Part shown: positions 49,139 to 60,797 of the stretch, in pieces
Position numbering within the stretch: the stretch's first letter is position 1
Layout of the letters: every line of letters starts with the position of its first letter
Source: Candidatus Latescibacterota bacterium
Lineage (GTDB): Bacteria > Latescibacterota > UBA2968 > UBA8231
Length of the DNA stretch: 64,000 nt
Assembly: GCA_965261395.1 (NCBI GenBank)
Contig: OZ253462.1
Location: 4,512,001-4,576,000 of the forward strand
Direction: 5' to 3'
Notes under the pieces: generated by a model
Databases searched by the model: none
Seen by the model: the letters and a program-made list of their open reading frames with translations, nothing else
Told to the model about the DNA's origin: nothing
Made by a program: the position numbers and the translations under genes

Positions 49139-51868
49139 ATGAATACCAATGGGAAACAACACACCCTGACCTTAGACGGCGAAGGAGTCACCTTTGCTCC
49201 TGGCGAGACCCTCTACGAGGTCGCCCAACGCCATCGCCGCGACATTCCCACCCTCTGCTACGATCCGCGTCTAGAACCTTTTGGGTCCTGCCGGCTCTGC
49301 GTGGTCGAAATCGAGGGTGTGCGCAATCCAGTCGCCTCCTGTACGGCCCAAGCCGAGCCCGGCATGGTCGTCAAAACGGCAACCGCGGCGGTCGAGAAAC
49401 ACCGCAAGACGCTGCTGGAAATGGTCGTCTCGGAAAACCGCGAAGTCGAGGTGGATCCCCTGCGTGGGTACGCTTCTCAAGAGCTAACAGACCTCGTCGA
49501 TCGCTACCAAGCCCGCTCCGGCCGCTTCCAAGGCGCGCAATCGGGCGAGGTGCACCCCACCGACGACAACCCCTTCATCTTGCGCGACTACGACCTGTGC
49601 ATCTCGTGCAACCGCTGCGTCCGCGTCTGCGCCGAGCAAGAGGGTGACCACGCCATTGCCGCCATGGGGCGCGGCTTCCACAAGCAGATCACCACGGAGT
49701 TCAATGGCCTGCTCAAGGATTCGTCCTGCACCTTCTGCGGCCAATGCGTCCAGACCTGCCCCACCGGCGCCCTCGCCGACAAAAAGGCCCTGCGCGCCGC
49801 CGACCTGCCCGGCGAGATCGAAAAGACCCGCTCAATCTGCCCGTACTGCGGCGTTGGTTGCTCGGTGGACCTGCTGTCCAAAGGGGATAAACTCGTCGGC
49901 ATCCAACCGGCGATGGACGGCCCAGCCAACGAGGGCGCGCTGTGCGTCAAGGGCCAGTTTGCCTTTGACTTCGTCCATCACCGCGATCGGCTCACAGATC
50001 CCCTAGTTCGCGGCGAGGACGGCCAGCTCCACCCCACCGATTGGGACACCGCGCTCGACCACGCCGCCCAAGGCTTTGCCAAAGTGCTCGCCGAGCACGG
50101 CCGCCATGCCATCTACGGCGTCGCCTCCGGCCGCACGCCTTCGGAGGCCAACTACTGCCTGCAGAAATTCATCCGCCGAGGCTACGGCACCCACTACATA
50201 GACAACTGTAGCCGTGCCTGACACGCGCCCACGGTTGCCGGTCTGGCAGCCACCATCGGACGCGGCGCCATGTCGAACCCCTTGGCCGACATGGAAAAAC
50301 CCGATCTGATCTTCTGCATCGGGACCAACATGACCGAGTGCCACCCAGTGGCGGCGACGCGGCTCAAAAAGGCCCTCAAGCGCGGGGCCAAGATGATCGT
50401 CGCCGACCCGCGCCGGATCGCCCTCGCGGACATGGCCGATTTGTACCTGCCCATCCGCGTCGGCTCGGACGTGGCTTTGCTGTTGGCCATGGCGCACGTG
50501 ATCGTCCGCGACGACTTGGTAGATCGCGCCTTTATGGAAGCGCGCACGGCCGACTTTGAGCAATTCCTAGAGCACGTAGTCGAGTTCACGCCCGAGTGGG
50601 CTTCGACCATCACCGAGGTACCTGCCGCGGACATTGAACAGGCCGCCCGTTGGTACGGGGCCGCCGACAAGGGTGCCATCTACTACACCCTCGGCATCAC
50701 CGAGCACATCTGCGGCGTTGACAACGTCCAGAGCCTGTGCAATCTCGCCCTGCTGACCGGCAACATCGGCCGCGAGGGCACTGGCATCAACCCCATGCGC
50801 GGGCAGAACAACATCCAAGGCGCCGGCGACGCCGGAGCCGTTCCCTCGGACTATCCCGGCTTCCAGCCGGTGATCCTGCCTGAAAACAGGGAAAAATTCA
50901 CCGCGCTCTACGGGCGAGAAATGGACCCGGACAAAGGCATCACCAAGGTGCAAGCGCTCAACCGCTGCGGCACCGAGATTTTTGCCATGATTATCGACGG
51001 TGAAAACACCGTCGTCTCCGACCCGGACCGCCATCACTGCGAGCACGCCCTCAAGAGCCTAGATATGCTCGTGGTCATCGACATCTTCCTCACCGAGACT
51101 GCCGCGATGGCCGACGTGGTCTTCCCCGCCAGTGCCTTTGCCGAGACCGACGGGGTCTGCTCCAACACCGAGCGCCGGGTCCAGCGCCTGCGCCAAGCCG
51201 TGCCTCCGCCCGGCGAGGCCAAGCCCGACTGGTGGATCATAAGTCAACTCGCCCAGCGGCTTGGCTTTAGCGGCTTCGACTACACTTCGGCCGAGGACGT
51301 GTTCAACGAACTATGCGGCCTTTCGCCCATCTACGCCGGCCTCGATTGGGATCGGATCGACAAAGGTGAGTACCAGTGGCCCGTACCCGAAAAGGGCCAC
51401 CCGGGGACGCCGATTTTGCACGAGGGGGTTTTCAGAAATGGCCGCGGCCTTTTCAAAACCATCCGCTACCGCGACCCGGCCGAGACCCTTTCAGCCGAGT
51501 TCCCGGTCTGGCTGACGACCGGCCGCCGGCTCCAAGCCTACCACACTCGCACCCAAACGGGCCGCTCCCAAGGGATCGACTACCTGCTCGCGGAAGAGCG
51601 CCTCGAAGTCCACCCCGAAGACATCACCGCTTGGGGCCTTGAAGACGGGGGCTTGTGCCACCTGTCGAGCGCGCGCGGCACCATCGAAATCCGCGCCGAG
51701 GCCAACACCCGCTCGCCGCGCGGCACAGTCTTTGCCAGCTTCAGCTTCAACGACGTGCCGATCAACATCCTCACCGGCTCCGGGTACGATCCCGTCACCG
51801 ACACCGCCGAGCTCAAGGTCTGTCCGGTGCGCGTCGAGGCGTTGGTTGAGAGCGAGGTAGCTGGGTAG
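49139..51868 (+). CDS. fdhF: Formate dehydrogenase alpha subunit, selenocysteine-containing (UGA 50219-50221)
   Basis: Two same-frame ORFs joined by NCSRA-U-HAPTVAGL; SECIS-like hairpin downstream; CPYCGVGC, RGQNNIQG. Confidence 0.93.
50233..50251 (+). promoter_or_regulatory. Bacterial SECIS element
   Basis: GGTTGCCGGTCTGGCAGCC hairpin starting 11 nt after UGA, as in E. coli fdhF. Confidence 0.85.
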
Positions 51869-51931
51869 CTAAAATGAGAGGTAAGAGGAAATGAGTTTTA
51901 CGGCTGCGCGATCACTATGGAGGCGATCTAC

Positions 51932-52153
51932 ATGAGCCATATCAAATACAGGGTTCATATTGAACAGGATGAGGATGGCATTTTCGTGGCCCAAGTACCC
52001 GCGTTGCCTGGGTGTGTTTCGCAAGGACAGACTCGGAAGGATGCCTTGTCAAATGCCCACGAAGCAATTGCGCTGTATATAGAAAGCCTAAAAGCCCACG
52101 GCGATCCAATCCCGCCGCCCATTACGGAGGAAATCATCGAGGTTGAAATTTGA
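51932..52153 (+). CDS. hicB: HicB antitoxin
   Basis: VPALPGCVSQGQT..A..EAIALYIE; GGAGG RBS. Confidence 0.9.
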   Translation: MSHIKYRVHIEQDEDGIFVAQVPALPGCVSQGQTRKDALSNAHEAIALYIESLKAHGDPIPPPITEEIIEVEI

Positions 52154-52374
52154 GCCCACTTCCGGTTGTTGGAAGCCGTGATATTGTTAGGGCATTAGGG
52201 AAAATTGGCTATGTTTTTGACCGACAACGAGGGAGCCATCTAGTCTTGCGAATGAATCGAAAACCCTATCGTCGCATCGTAGTTCCCAAGCATAGGGAGG
52301 TCGCTAAAGGGACTTTGCGAACGATTATTCGCGAGGCAGGTCTGACTGTCGAAGAGTTCAGAGCCCTTTTGTGA
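52150..52374 (+). CDS. hicA: HicA toxin
   Basis: RQRGSH, VVPKH.EV.KGTLRTII. Confidence 0.9.
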   Translation: MSPLPVVGSRDIVRALGKIGYVFDRQRGSHLVLRMNRKPYRRIVVPKHREVAKGTLRTIIREAGLTVEEFRALL

Positions 52375-52384
52375 GTTCGGCGGG

Positions 52385-52480
52385 CTCGGCCCAACAGCTA
52401 ATCGTTGACGACTGGCACACCCATCTCCTTGCCGACGCTACTTCAGATCCATTCGACGAAGACTGTCTCGACGTGGTCGT
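52385..52480 (+). repeat. Internally deleted remnant of the uronate isomerase gene
   Basis: Fusion of 55187-55231 and 55393-55444 (SAQQLIVDDWHTHLL + ADATSDPFDEDC). Confidence 0.88.
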
Positions 52481-52500
52481 ACAAGACGTGCCCGTGAGAA

Positions 52501-52701
52501 TCAGCACTCCTCCATCGTCTCCAACTCGTCGTTGGAATAGCGTAGCTCAACGGTACCGGCCAGACGGGCTAGTTGGCGGAGCTGTTGCAGACGCAGGTAT
52601 TCATTTAATGCCATGTGTACTGCGGAGGCTTTGTCTTTTTGCTTTGTCGCTTGCTGGATGGCTTGGACAATTTCCGAGTCTAAGGTAACTGTTGTATCCA
52701 G
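52501..52701 (-). CDS. vapB: VapB-like antitoxin (CTG start) followed by a vapC start stub
   Basis: Not in ORF track. GAGG RBS, (M)DTTVTLDSEIVQAIQQATKQKDKASAVHMALNEYLRLQQLRQLARLAG..; overlapping GTG at 52507 gives MLILTGTS, like VapC MILxDTS, then homology ends. Confidence 0.65.
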   Translation of the reverse strand: MDTTVTLDSEIVQAIQQATKQKDKASAVHMALNEYLRLQQLRQLARLAGTVELRYSNDELETMEEC

Positions 52702-52969
52702 AATAAAACCTCGTTGTTATTCGTTGTTTTCTTTCGCCAAAAGATGAATGATTCTTGGTCGCACGACAAGCGACGAAATAACGGCAAAGCTCTTGAGTAT
52801 TCGGCACACAAGGGCAAACGTCTGTCCGATTTTCCTTTTTACTTTAGAGAAGCCGACTGCCTCTCTCCGGCGTGTGTCGAGAGGACTGGACAGCTTGTCG
52901 AACTGCTCTCATATCCGTCGCTATTATGGGGAAGATTGACATGCAGAGTGATGTCTAAAAGAGGACGAC

Positions 52970-53818
52970 ATGGATAAGAATTCAGACGCCTCTAAGAAGG
53001 TTAATTGGTGGCCTTTGTGGTTGACATTTTTAGTAATAATTTTCCTTTGGGGAATGTCTATTATCGTACTTTTCTGGTTGTTTCCTGACATTAGTGTACG
53101 AGGACAATTTGGAGACACATTTGGAGCAGTTAATGCTCTATTTGCTGGTTTGGCTTTTGCAGGTATCATTTTTGCAATAATCCTTCAGAAAAAGGAACTC
53201 GAACTCCAACGGCAGGAATTAAAGGAGACACGGGACGAAATCAGGGGACAAAAGGAACAACTTGAGGCACAAGATCGGACGCTTCAGAAGCAGAATTTTG
53301 AGAATTCCTTCTTTCAGCTTCTAAGCTTCCACAATGAGATTGTCAATTCATTGAAGGCTCAAGAACCGGGAGGCCAAGAAGTAGAAGGACGTAGGTGCTT
53401 TGCTGTTTTCCTTCAAAGGCTAGCACGTATCTATAACAAAGAGACGAATACTTCAGGCCAAATGAAAGACAATATCAACGCATCCTACGAGGAATTCTTG
53501 TCCCGATATCAGTGGATTATTGGTCATTACTTTCGGCATTTATACAATACTGTCAAATTTGTTCACGAACACAAATTCTTCAAAGAATCTGAAGATAAGA
53601 AGACCTACATCAATCTCATTCGTGCTCAACTATCAAGCGTTGAATTGGAGCTCCTTTTCTACAATTGCCTGAGTAACCGAGGAGCCAAATTCAAATGCTT
53701 GGTCGAAAAATACGCGCTTCTTGAAGATATGGATTTTGGAAACCTTCTGGATCCAGAACATCGATCTTTCTACGAAGAAAGGGCTTATGACGGATCTGGT
53801 CTAAAGGAAAATCAATAA
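52970..53818 (+). CDS. Putative phage abortive infection protein (putAbiC-like)
   Basis: Two TMs, GQFGDTFG, QNFENSFFQLL, HYFRHLY, RAQLS..EL.LLFYN; AT-rich. Confidence 0.85.
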   Translation: MDKNSDASKKVNWWPLWLTFLVIIFLWGMSIIVLFWLFPDISVRGQFGDTFGAVNALFAGLAFAGIIFAIILQKKELELQRQELKETRDEIRGQKEQLEAQDRTLQKQNFENSFFQLLSFHNEIVNSLKAQEPGGQEVEGRRCFAVFLQRLARIYNKETNTSGQMKDNINASYEEFLSRYQWIIGHYFRHLYNTVKFVHEHKFFKESEDKKTYINLIRAQLSSVELELLFYNCLSNRGAKFKCLVEKYALLEDMDFGNLLDPEHRSFYEERAYDGSGLKENQ

Positions 53819-53845
53819 GCCCTACTTCCAACTTACCGAGGAAAG

Positions 53846-54999
53846 GGCGTTGTTGCATGAAAGCGGTGTTAGGGTCTTGAACTGAGTCAGGCTCTCCAGT
53901 TAGATTGGTTCGTGATTTCCAGCAAGAAACACGTACCTCTCTTCCCTGAGAGCCTGTGATGAGCAAACTATCGGGCGGTTCGCCCTCGGTCAAGTCGAAA
54001 GCGGTGTATCGGGTCCAGAATTGGTCGTCGTATAATCGGGCGTTGATCGCCCGTGGTAGCCTGACGGTCTGGCTGGACGATTCGTTGTGGAAGCAGTGGT
54101 ATGATCAGGGGCCGTCTCAACGGGGTGCTCCGTTTGTATATTCGGATCCAGCGATTGAATGGATGTTGACGATGCGGGTGTTGCTTCGGTTGCCGTTGCG
54201 CCAGACGCAGGGCTTTATCCAATCGCTTTTGGACTTGATGCAGTTGGACTTGGCGACGCCGGATTACTCGACCTTGTCGCGTCGCCAAGGGAACTTGGCG
54301 GTGGTGTTGCCGAGAAAGTGCCCCGATAAACCGATGCACTTGGTGGTAGATTCGACCGGCTTGAAAGTCTACGGTGAGGGCGAGTGGAAAGTCCGTCAAC
54401 ACGGCTGGACCAAACGGCGGACTTGGCGCAAACTGCATGTGGGGGTCCACGAGGCCACCGGCGAGGTGGTCGCCCAGACGTTGACGTCCCATCGGATCGA
54501 TGATGCCTCGCAGGTCGCCCCCTTGCTGACCCAAGTCGACGAGGCGGTGGGGGCGGTAGGTGGAGATGGTGCGTATGACAAACAGAAGGTTTTCGACGCC
54601 TTGGCCACGCCGCGGAGTGGTCCCGCGATTCGGCCCCTCATCGCGCTGCGCAAAGACGCTAAGATCCAACAGCATGGCAATTGTAAGGCACCCGCGTTGG
54701 CACGGGATGAGATCCTTCGAGCCATTCGACACCAGGGACGCAAGGCGTGGAAACAGGCCAGTGGCTATCATCGACGTTCGTTGGCGGAAACGCAGATCTA
54801 TCGCTATAAGCACCCCATCGGCGACAAGCTGAAGGCACGTAGCTGGGCTAACCAACAGGTCGAAAGTCGCTTGGGCTGTGCCATCCTCAATCGAATGATC
54901 CATCTGGGCAAACCCCAGTCGTATCGAGTAGAAAAAATTAACTGAACAAAAAACAACATTCGACCATGATACCCCAGATATGATTCATGCAACAACGCC
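53846..54999 (+). mobile_element. Complete IS5-family (IS903 group) insertion sequence
   Basis: Perfect 16-bp IRs ggcgttgttgcatgaa / ttcatgcaacaacgcc; flanks cgaggaaag and agaggaaag (8/9 target duplication). Confidence 0.95.
53956..54945 (+). CDS. IS903-group DDE transposase
   Basis: NWSSYNRALIARGSL, VDSTG, DGAYD, YHRRSLAET. Confidence 0.95.
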   Translation: MMSKLSGGSPSVKSKAVYRVQNWSSYNRALIARGSLTVWLDDSLWKQWYDQGPSQRGAPFVYSDPAIEWMLTMRVLLRLPLRQTQGFIQSLLDLMQLDLATPDYSTLSRRQGNLAVVLPRKCPDKPMHLVVDSTGLKVYGEGEWKVRQHGWTKRRTWRKLHVGVHEATGEVVAQTLTSHRIDDASQVAPLLTQVDEAVGAVGGDGAYDKQKVFDALATPRSGPAIRPLIALRKDAKIQQHGNCKAPALARDEILRAIRHQGRKAWKQASGYHRRSLAETQIYRYKHPIGDKLKARSWANQQVESRLGCAILNRMIHLGKPQSYRVEKIN

Positions 55000-55064
55000 A
55001 GAGGAAAGCATTGAGGTTGAGAGGATTTCTGAAAGGCCTTTCTAACGTTCCTCGTCGATCCCCT

Positions 55065-55093
55065 TTGACGCCCTGTTGCTCTTGGCCTACTGT
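55065..55093 (+). promoter_or_regulatory. sigma70-type promoter
   Basis: TTGACG-17bp-TACTGT before the AGGAG RBS and ATG 55125. Confidence 0.55.
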
Positions 55094-55124
55094 TATGCCC
55101 TTTAACTCGACAGGAGCCTCCTCC

Positions 55125-56399
55125 ATGAGCACTTCTACCCTACCCCTATTCCGCGACCAAATCCCCTCCGTCGTCGCCGAAGAAACCTCGGCCCAACGGC
55201 TAATCGTCGACGACTGGCACACCCATCTCCTCGGCCCCCAAGCCGGCCCCCAGCTCTGCCTGTACGGCATTGACCAGCAGCTCGCCTATCACTACGTGCG
55301 CCGCAAGCTCTTTGCCGCTGGCCACATCGACCCGGCCACCTTCTACTCCTGGAGCCTAGAACAACAAGGCGATTTTACTTGGCAGAAGCTTTTTGCCGAC
55401 GCCGCTTCAGATCCATTCGACGAAGGCTGTCGCGGCGTGGTCGTCGCGCTGGAAGCCCTCGGCCTCGACCCCAACGCCGCCACTCTCGACGAAGCGCGCC
55501 AGTTCTACGCGGACACCGCCCCGGAAGAAATACAGCGCCGCTGCATGAAGCTAGCCGGCGTTCGCCGCATCGTCGGCACCCAAGACGTGTTCAACGACCA
55601 AGAACGCGCTTACTACGAAAGCGGCGAATGGGACGAATGCTACTTGTCCGGCTACCGCCTCGACGAACTCGTCTTGCACTACCCGCGCGCGGCAATGAAG
55701 CTCAACGCCTGGGGCTACGAGGTTGGCAACGACCCCAGCCAGCCAGCCACCGCCCAGTCGATCCGCCGCTTCCTCGCCGACTGGTACGGCAAGCTGCACG
55801 GCGTCGCGTACGGCGCGTGCTCGTTCCCGCCCCACTGCCAAGTCCACGACCTCAGCGGCCTGGAAGGTGCCGTCCTCCACCACGCCGTGCTGCCGGCCCT
55901 GCGCGAACTCAACTTGCCCTTCTTTATGATGCCCGGCCCCATCCGCCAGCTCAAACCCGAATGGCGCGACGCCGGCGACGGCGTGGGCCTCGCCGACATG
56001 TATCCCTACCAGCAGTTGGTGCGCCGCCATCCCGACAACGCCTTCTTCATCACGCCGCTCCACAACGCCAACCAGTACGACGCCAGCGTCCTCTCCTGCC
56101 ACAACGACAACATCATGGTCATTGGCCACTGGTGGTTCAACTACCATCCGGGCTTGGTCGAACAAGACCTGCGGATGCGCTTGGAGATGACCGGCGACCG
56201 CTTCATTCCCTTCAACTCGGATGCCCGCGTGCTGGAAAACCTCATCCCCAAGTGGCAGCGCTTCCGCGCAATCCTCGCCAAAGTCCTAAGCGAAAAATAC
56301 CTAGACCTGCACGACGCCGGCCGACAAGTAACCCGCGCCAGCATCGCCCAAACCCTCCAGACCCTCTTCACGCCCAACCGATTTTCTCAACTCACTTAA
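55125..56399 (+). CDS. Uronate (glucuronate) isomerase, Bh0493-type
   Basis: DWHTHL, IDQQLAYHY, GHWWF, SDARVLENLIPKW. Confidence 0.8.
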   Translation: MSTSTLPLFRDQIPSVVAEETSAQRLIVDDWHTHLLGPQAGPQLCLYGIDQQLAYHYVRRKLFAAGHIDPATFYSWSLEQQGDFTWQKLFADAASDPFDEGCRGVVVALEALGLDPNAATLDEARQFYADTAPEEIQRRCMKLAGVRRIVGTQDVFNDQERAYYESGEWDECYLSGYRLDELVLHYPRAAMKLNAWGYEVGNDPSQPATAQSIRRFLADWYGKLHGVAYGACSFPPHCQVHDLSGLEGAVLHHAVLPALRELNLPFFMMPGPIRQLKPEWRDAGDGVGLADMYPYQQLVRRHPDNAFFITPLHNANQYDASVLSCHNDNIMVIGHWWFNYHPGLVEQDLRMRLEMTGDRFIPFNSDARVLENLIPKWQRFRAILAKVLSEKYLDLHDAGRQVTRASIAQTLQTLFTPNRFSQLT

Positions 56400-56409
56400 G
56401 CAGGCCCTC

Positions 56410-57567
56410 GTGAAAATCAAGGAAATCCGCGCCGCGCAAATCGCGCTCAAGCCCCCCCGGACGACAACCCCACGCCCCAGCCAGCGGCCCGGCCACGCCC
56501 TGCACCGCCCGCTCGACCGCTATGATCGCTTCCGCGCCGGTCGCACCGGCTCCCCGGAATGGCAACGCATCGCCTGCGTGGTCACGGCCGAGGACGGCAC
56601 TTGGGGCCTCGGGCTGACCGTCCACTCGCCGCCCGTGCTGCCCATCATCAACGATCACTTCGCTGCACTGCTCGCCGGCGAAAACTGCATGGCCACGGAA
56701 AAGCTGTGGGACGTCATGGTGCGCTCCACCGCGCCCTACGGCGGCCAAGGGCTGGCCAGCTACGCCATCAGCGCCGTGGATACCGCGCTGTGGGACCTCA
56801 AGGGCAAGCTGCTGCAAAAACCTGTGTACGAGCTGCTCGGCGGCCCGCAAAAGGACAAAATTTTCTGCTATGCTTCCGGGTTTGAGCAGGCGTGGTACAT
56901 GGAACTAGGGTTTAAGGCGACCAAGCTCTTCACCCCGTGGGGCGCGGCCGACGGCCTCGACGGCCTCAAGAAAATCGAGGAGCTCGTGGCCACTACGCGC
57001 CAGCTCATCGGCGACGACATTGAACTAAGTCTCGACTGCTGGCTGTCGCAGGACGTGGAACACCTCGTCCGCCTTGCCGAGATGCTCCGTCCCTATCGCC
57101 TGAAGTGGATCGAAGACTACCTGCCCGCCGACGATTGGGCTGGCTACGCCCAAGTGCGCCAGCGGCTCCCTTGGCAGACCCTCGCCTCGGGCGAGCACTG
57201 GTACTTGCCGCGCACCTTTGCCCAAGCGCTCGCCGGCCGCTTCGTCGATATCCTGCAACCGGACGTGCTGTGGGCCGGGGGCATAACGGCCGGGGTCAAA
57301 ATCTGCCACCTCGCCGAGGCCGCGGGCGTCTCGGTCATTGCCCACGCCGGCATGAACTACCCCTACGGCCAGCACCTTTCTTTTGCCATGCCGGCCATCG
57401 TCTGGGGCGAGCGCTCGGAAAGCGTGTCGCCGCCCGGGGTACCGCTCCACGAAATGACCCTGTTGCCCGGCACGCCAGCCATCCAAGACGGCTACCTCGT
57501 GCCCAGCGACGCGCCTGGATTTGGCATTGAGGTGGATTTGCCGTGGCTCGAAGGAGTCGCGGTCTGA
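56410..57567 (+). CDS. Enolase-superfamily acid-sugar dehydratase (L-rhamnonate dehydratase-like)
   Basis: AISAVDTALWDLKGK, LDCW, WIED, GEH, LQPD, PGFG. Confidence 0.85.
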   Translation: MKIKEIRAAQIALKPPRTTTPRPSQRPGHALHRPLDRYDRFRAGRTGSPEWQRIACVVTAEDGTWGLGLTVHSPPVLPIINDHFAALLAGENCMATEKLWDVMVRSTAPYGGQGLASYAISAVDTALWDLKGKLLQKPVYELLGGPQKDKIFCYASGFEQAWYMELGFKATKLFTPWGAADGLDGLKKIEELVATTRQLIGDDIELSLDCWLSQDVEHLVRLAEMLRPYRLKWIEDYLPADDWAGYAQVRQRLPWQTLASGEHWYLPRTFAQALAGRFVDILQPDVLWAGGITAGVKICHLAEAAGVSVIAHAGMNYPYGQHLSFAMPAIVWGERSESVSPPGVPLHEMTLLPGTPAIQDGYLVPSDAPGFGIEVDLPWLEGVAV

Positions 57568-57689
57568 GAGATGCCGCATTCTCGACGACCTAGACGCTTC
57601 GGACAAGTGCGCTAAAAGCGGGAATTTGTGATATTATATTCTATTGCTAATCGCATCCCAACGGAGGTTTTACCTCAAGGAGGCTCGCA

Positions 57690-58238
57690 ATGTTTGCACT
57701 CGCCCCTATCATCCTTGCTGTCCTCACAGTCTCGACAGCTTGGACCGACGACGAAGTCCAAACTGTCACCCTGCTCACCACACCTTGGGAAGGCCCCGTC
57801 GAGACGGAAGACGCCGCGATTATTTCGCCCCAAATCCTCGGCGTGCGATTCTATCTAAACGCCGATGGTGCGGTGACTGACTTGCAATTCGAGTTCAGCC
57901 TCGTGCCAGACGTCGTATCCTATCGGATTTGGCGCGAAGTCGAGGTCACGCGCGGCTTAGACGAAAACGGCAACCTAGTGACGCTGGAAGAGCCGGCTAG
58001 CGAATTTGTTCCTTGGGCGAGCGTGAAAGCCGACGAGATAGCAAGCGCCGAGAAGGGCATGGTCATTATCTCTCCCCTCGATTTAGTACTAACCGACTGG
58101 GCCATCTCCGCCACCGTCGAACGCGACGGCACCCTCTATCGCTCGCCGCTAAGTTACTTTGACCTACCCTCGCAGCTACCAACGGCCGTCGAAAGCAAAA
58201 GCTGGGGACAGGTCAAACACCACGCCATCGACCGCTAA
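57690..58238 (+). CDS. Secreted protein with C-terminal TAVESKSWGQVK motif
   Basis: AAGGAGG RBS, signal peptide, acidic beta-rich body. Confidence 0.75.
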   Translation: MFALAPIILAVLTVSTAWTDDEVQTVTLLTTPWEGPVETEDAAIISPQILGVRFYLNADGAVTDLQFEFSLVPDVVSYRIWREVEVTRGLDENGNLVTLEEPASEFVPWASVKADEIASAEKGMVIISPLDLVLTDWAISATVERDGTLYRSPLSYFDLPSQLPTAVESKSWGQVKHHAIDR

Positions 58239-58250
58239 CTGAGGATTTCA

Positions 58251-59876
<1,626 letters not shown>

Positions 59877-59897
59877 GCCGATCGCTCAGGATCCAGC

Positions 59898-60704
59898 ATG
59901 AAACTCGACAACAAGGTAGCGGTCGTCACCGGCGCTGCCACCGGCCTTGGCCGCGCCACCGCCATCGGTGCAGCCCGCGAGGGAGCGCAGCTCGTCCTCG
60001 CCGATATCGACGAGGACGGCGGCGAAGCTACGGCCAGACTGATCTCCGGTGCAGGCGGCACAGCTCACTTCGTGCGCACCGATTTGAGCCAGTCTGCGGA
60101 CGTTCGCCGCTTGATGGACACCGTTGGCGAACGCTACGGCCACCTCGACATCCTGATTAATCCAGCGGCCATCCTCGTCGATGCAGGGACGCGCATCGAC
60201 GAATATTCCGAAGCGTCCTGGCGACGAGTCATCGACGTCAACCTCACCGGCAGCTTCCTGCTGTTGAAGTACGCCGTTCCCCTGCTGCTGCAGGCGGGCG
60301 GGGGCGTGGTGCTGCTCGTCATATCCGGTGCCGGCGTGTTGGGCGGCAGTGCCTCCCTTCCGTATGGATCGAGCAAAGGAGGCGTCCGCGGGCTGGTCCT
60401 GGTAGCCCGCGAACAGCTTCGCCCCCTGAACATCCGCATCCACGCCGTGTCTCCGGGAGAAATGGCGACGAATATGAAGTTGGGTGCCATCCGCGAGATG
60501 GCTGAAAAGGCAGGTCAATCCGCCGACGAAGCAGAGCGAGAATCGCGCCCCAGCCTGTCGCCGCCCGAGGATTCGGCTGCCAAGCTCATCGATCTCGCCT
60601 CCGACGCGGGAGCGGCCGCCGGTGATGCTGTGACCATCTTCGACGGCGACTGGGATATCGAGACTCACTCCTTGCGGATCCCATCCGACCGCAGGTTGCA
60701 GTAG
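59898..60704 (+). CDS. SDR family oxidoreductase
   Basis: TGAATGLG, YGSSK. Confidence 0.88.
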   Translation: MKLDNKVAVVTGAATGLGRATAIGAAREGAQLVLADIDEDGGEATARLISGAGGTAHFVRTDLSQSADVRRLMDTVGERYGHLDILINPAAILVDAGTRIDEYSEASWRRVIDVNLTGSFLLLKYAVPLLLQAGGGVVLLVISGAGVLGGSASLPYGSSKGGVRGLVLVAREQLRPLNIRIHAVSPGEMATNMKLGAIREMAEKAGQSADEAERESRPSLSPPEDSAAKLIDLASDAGAAAGDAVTIFDGDWDIETHSLRIPSDRRLQ

Positions 60705-60797
60705 GGATTGACGACACATCTACCGCTGCCCCGGGCTTCTGCGTTCCAGCCGCATCCCTAAGTCGATGAGGGCAGAGTATCGCGTGAGGAAAACAGC

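Noticed and set aside
53968-56413. Long alternative-frame ORFs (e.g. 53968-54903, 55379-56413) and similar ones window-wide
   Set aside because: Shadow ORFs of well-supported genes in GC-rich DNA; Arg/Pro-rich with no motifs
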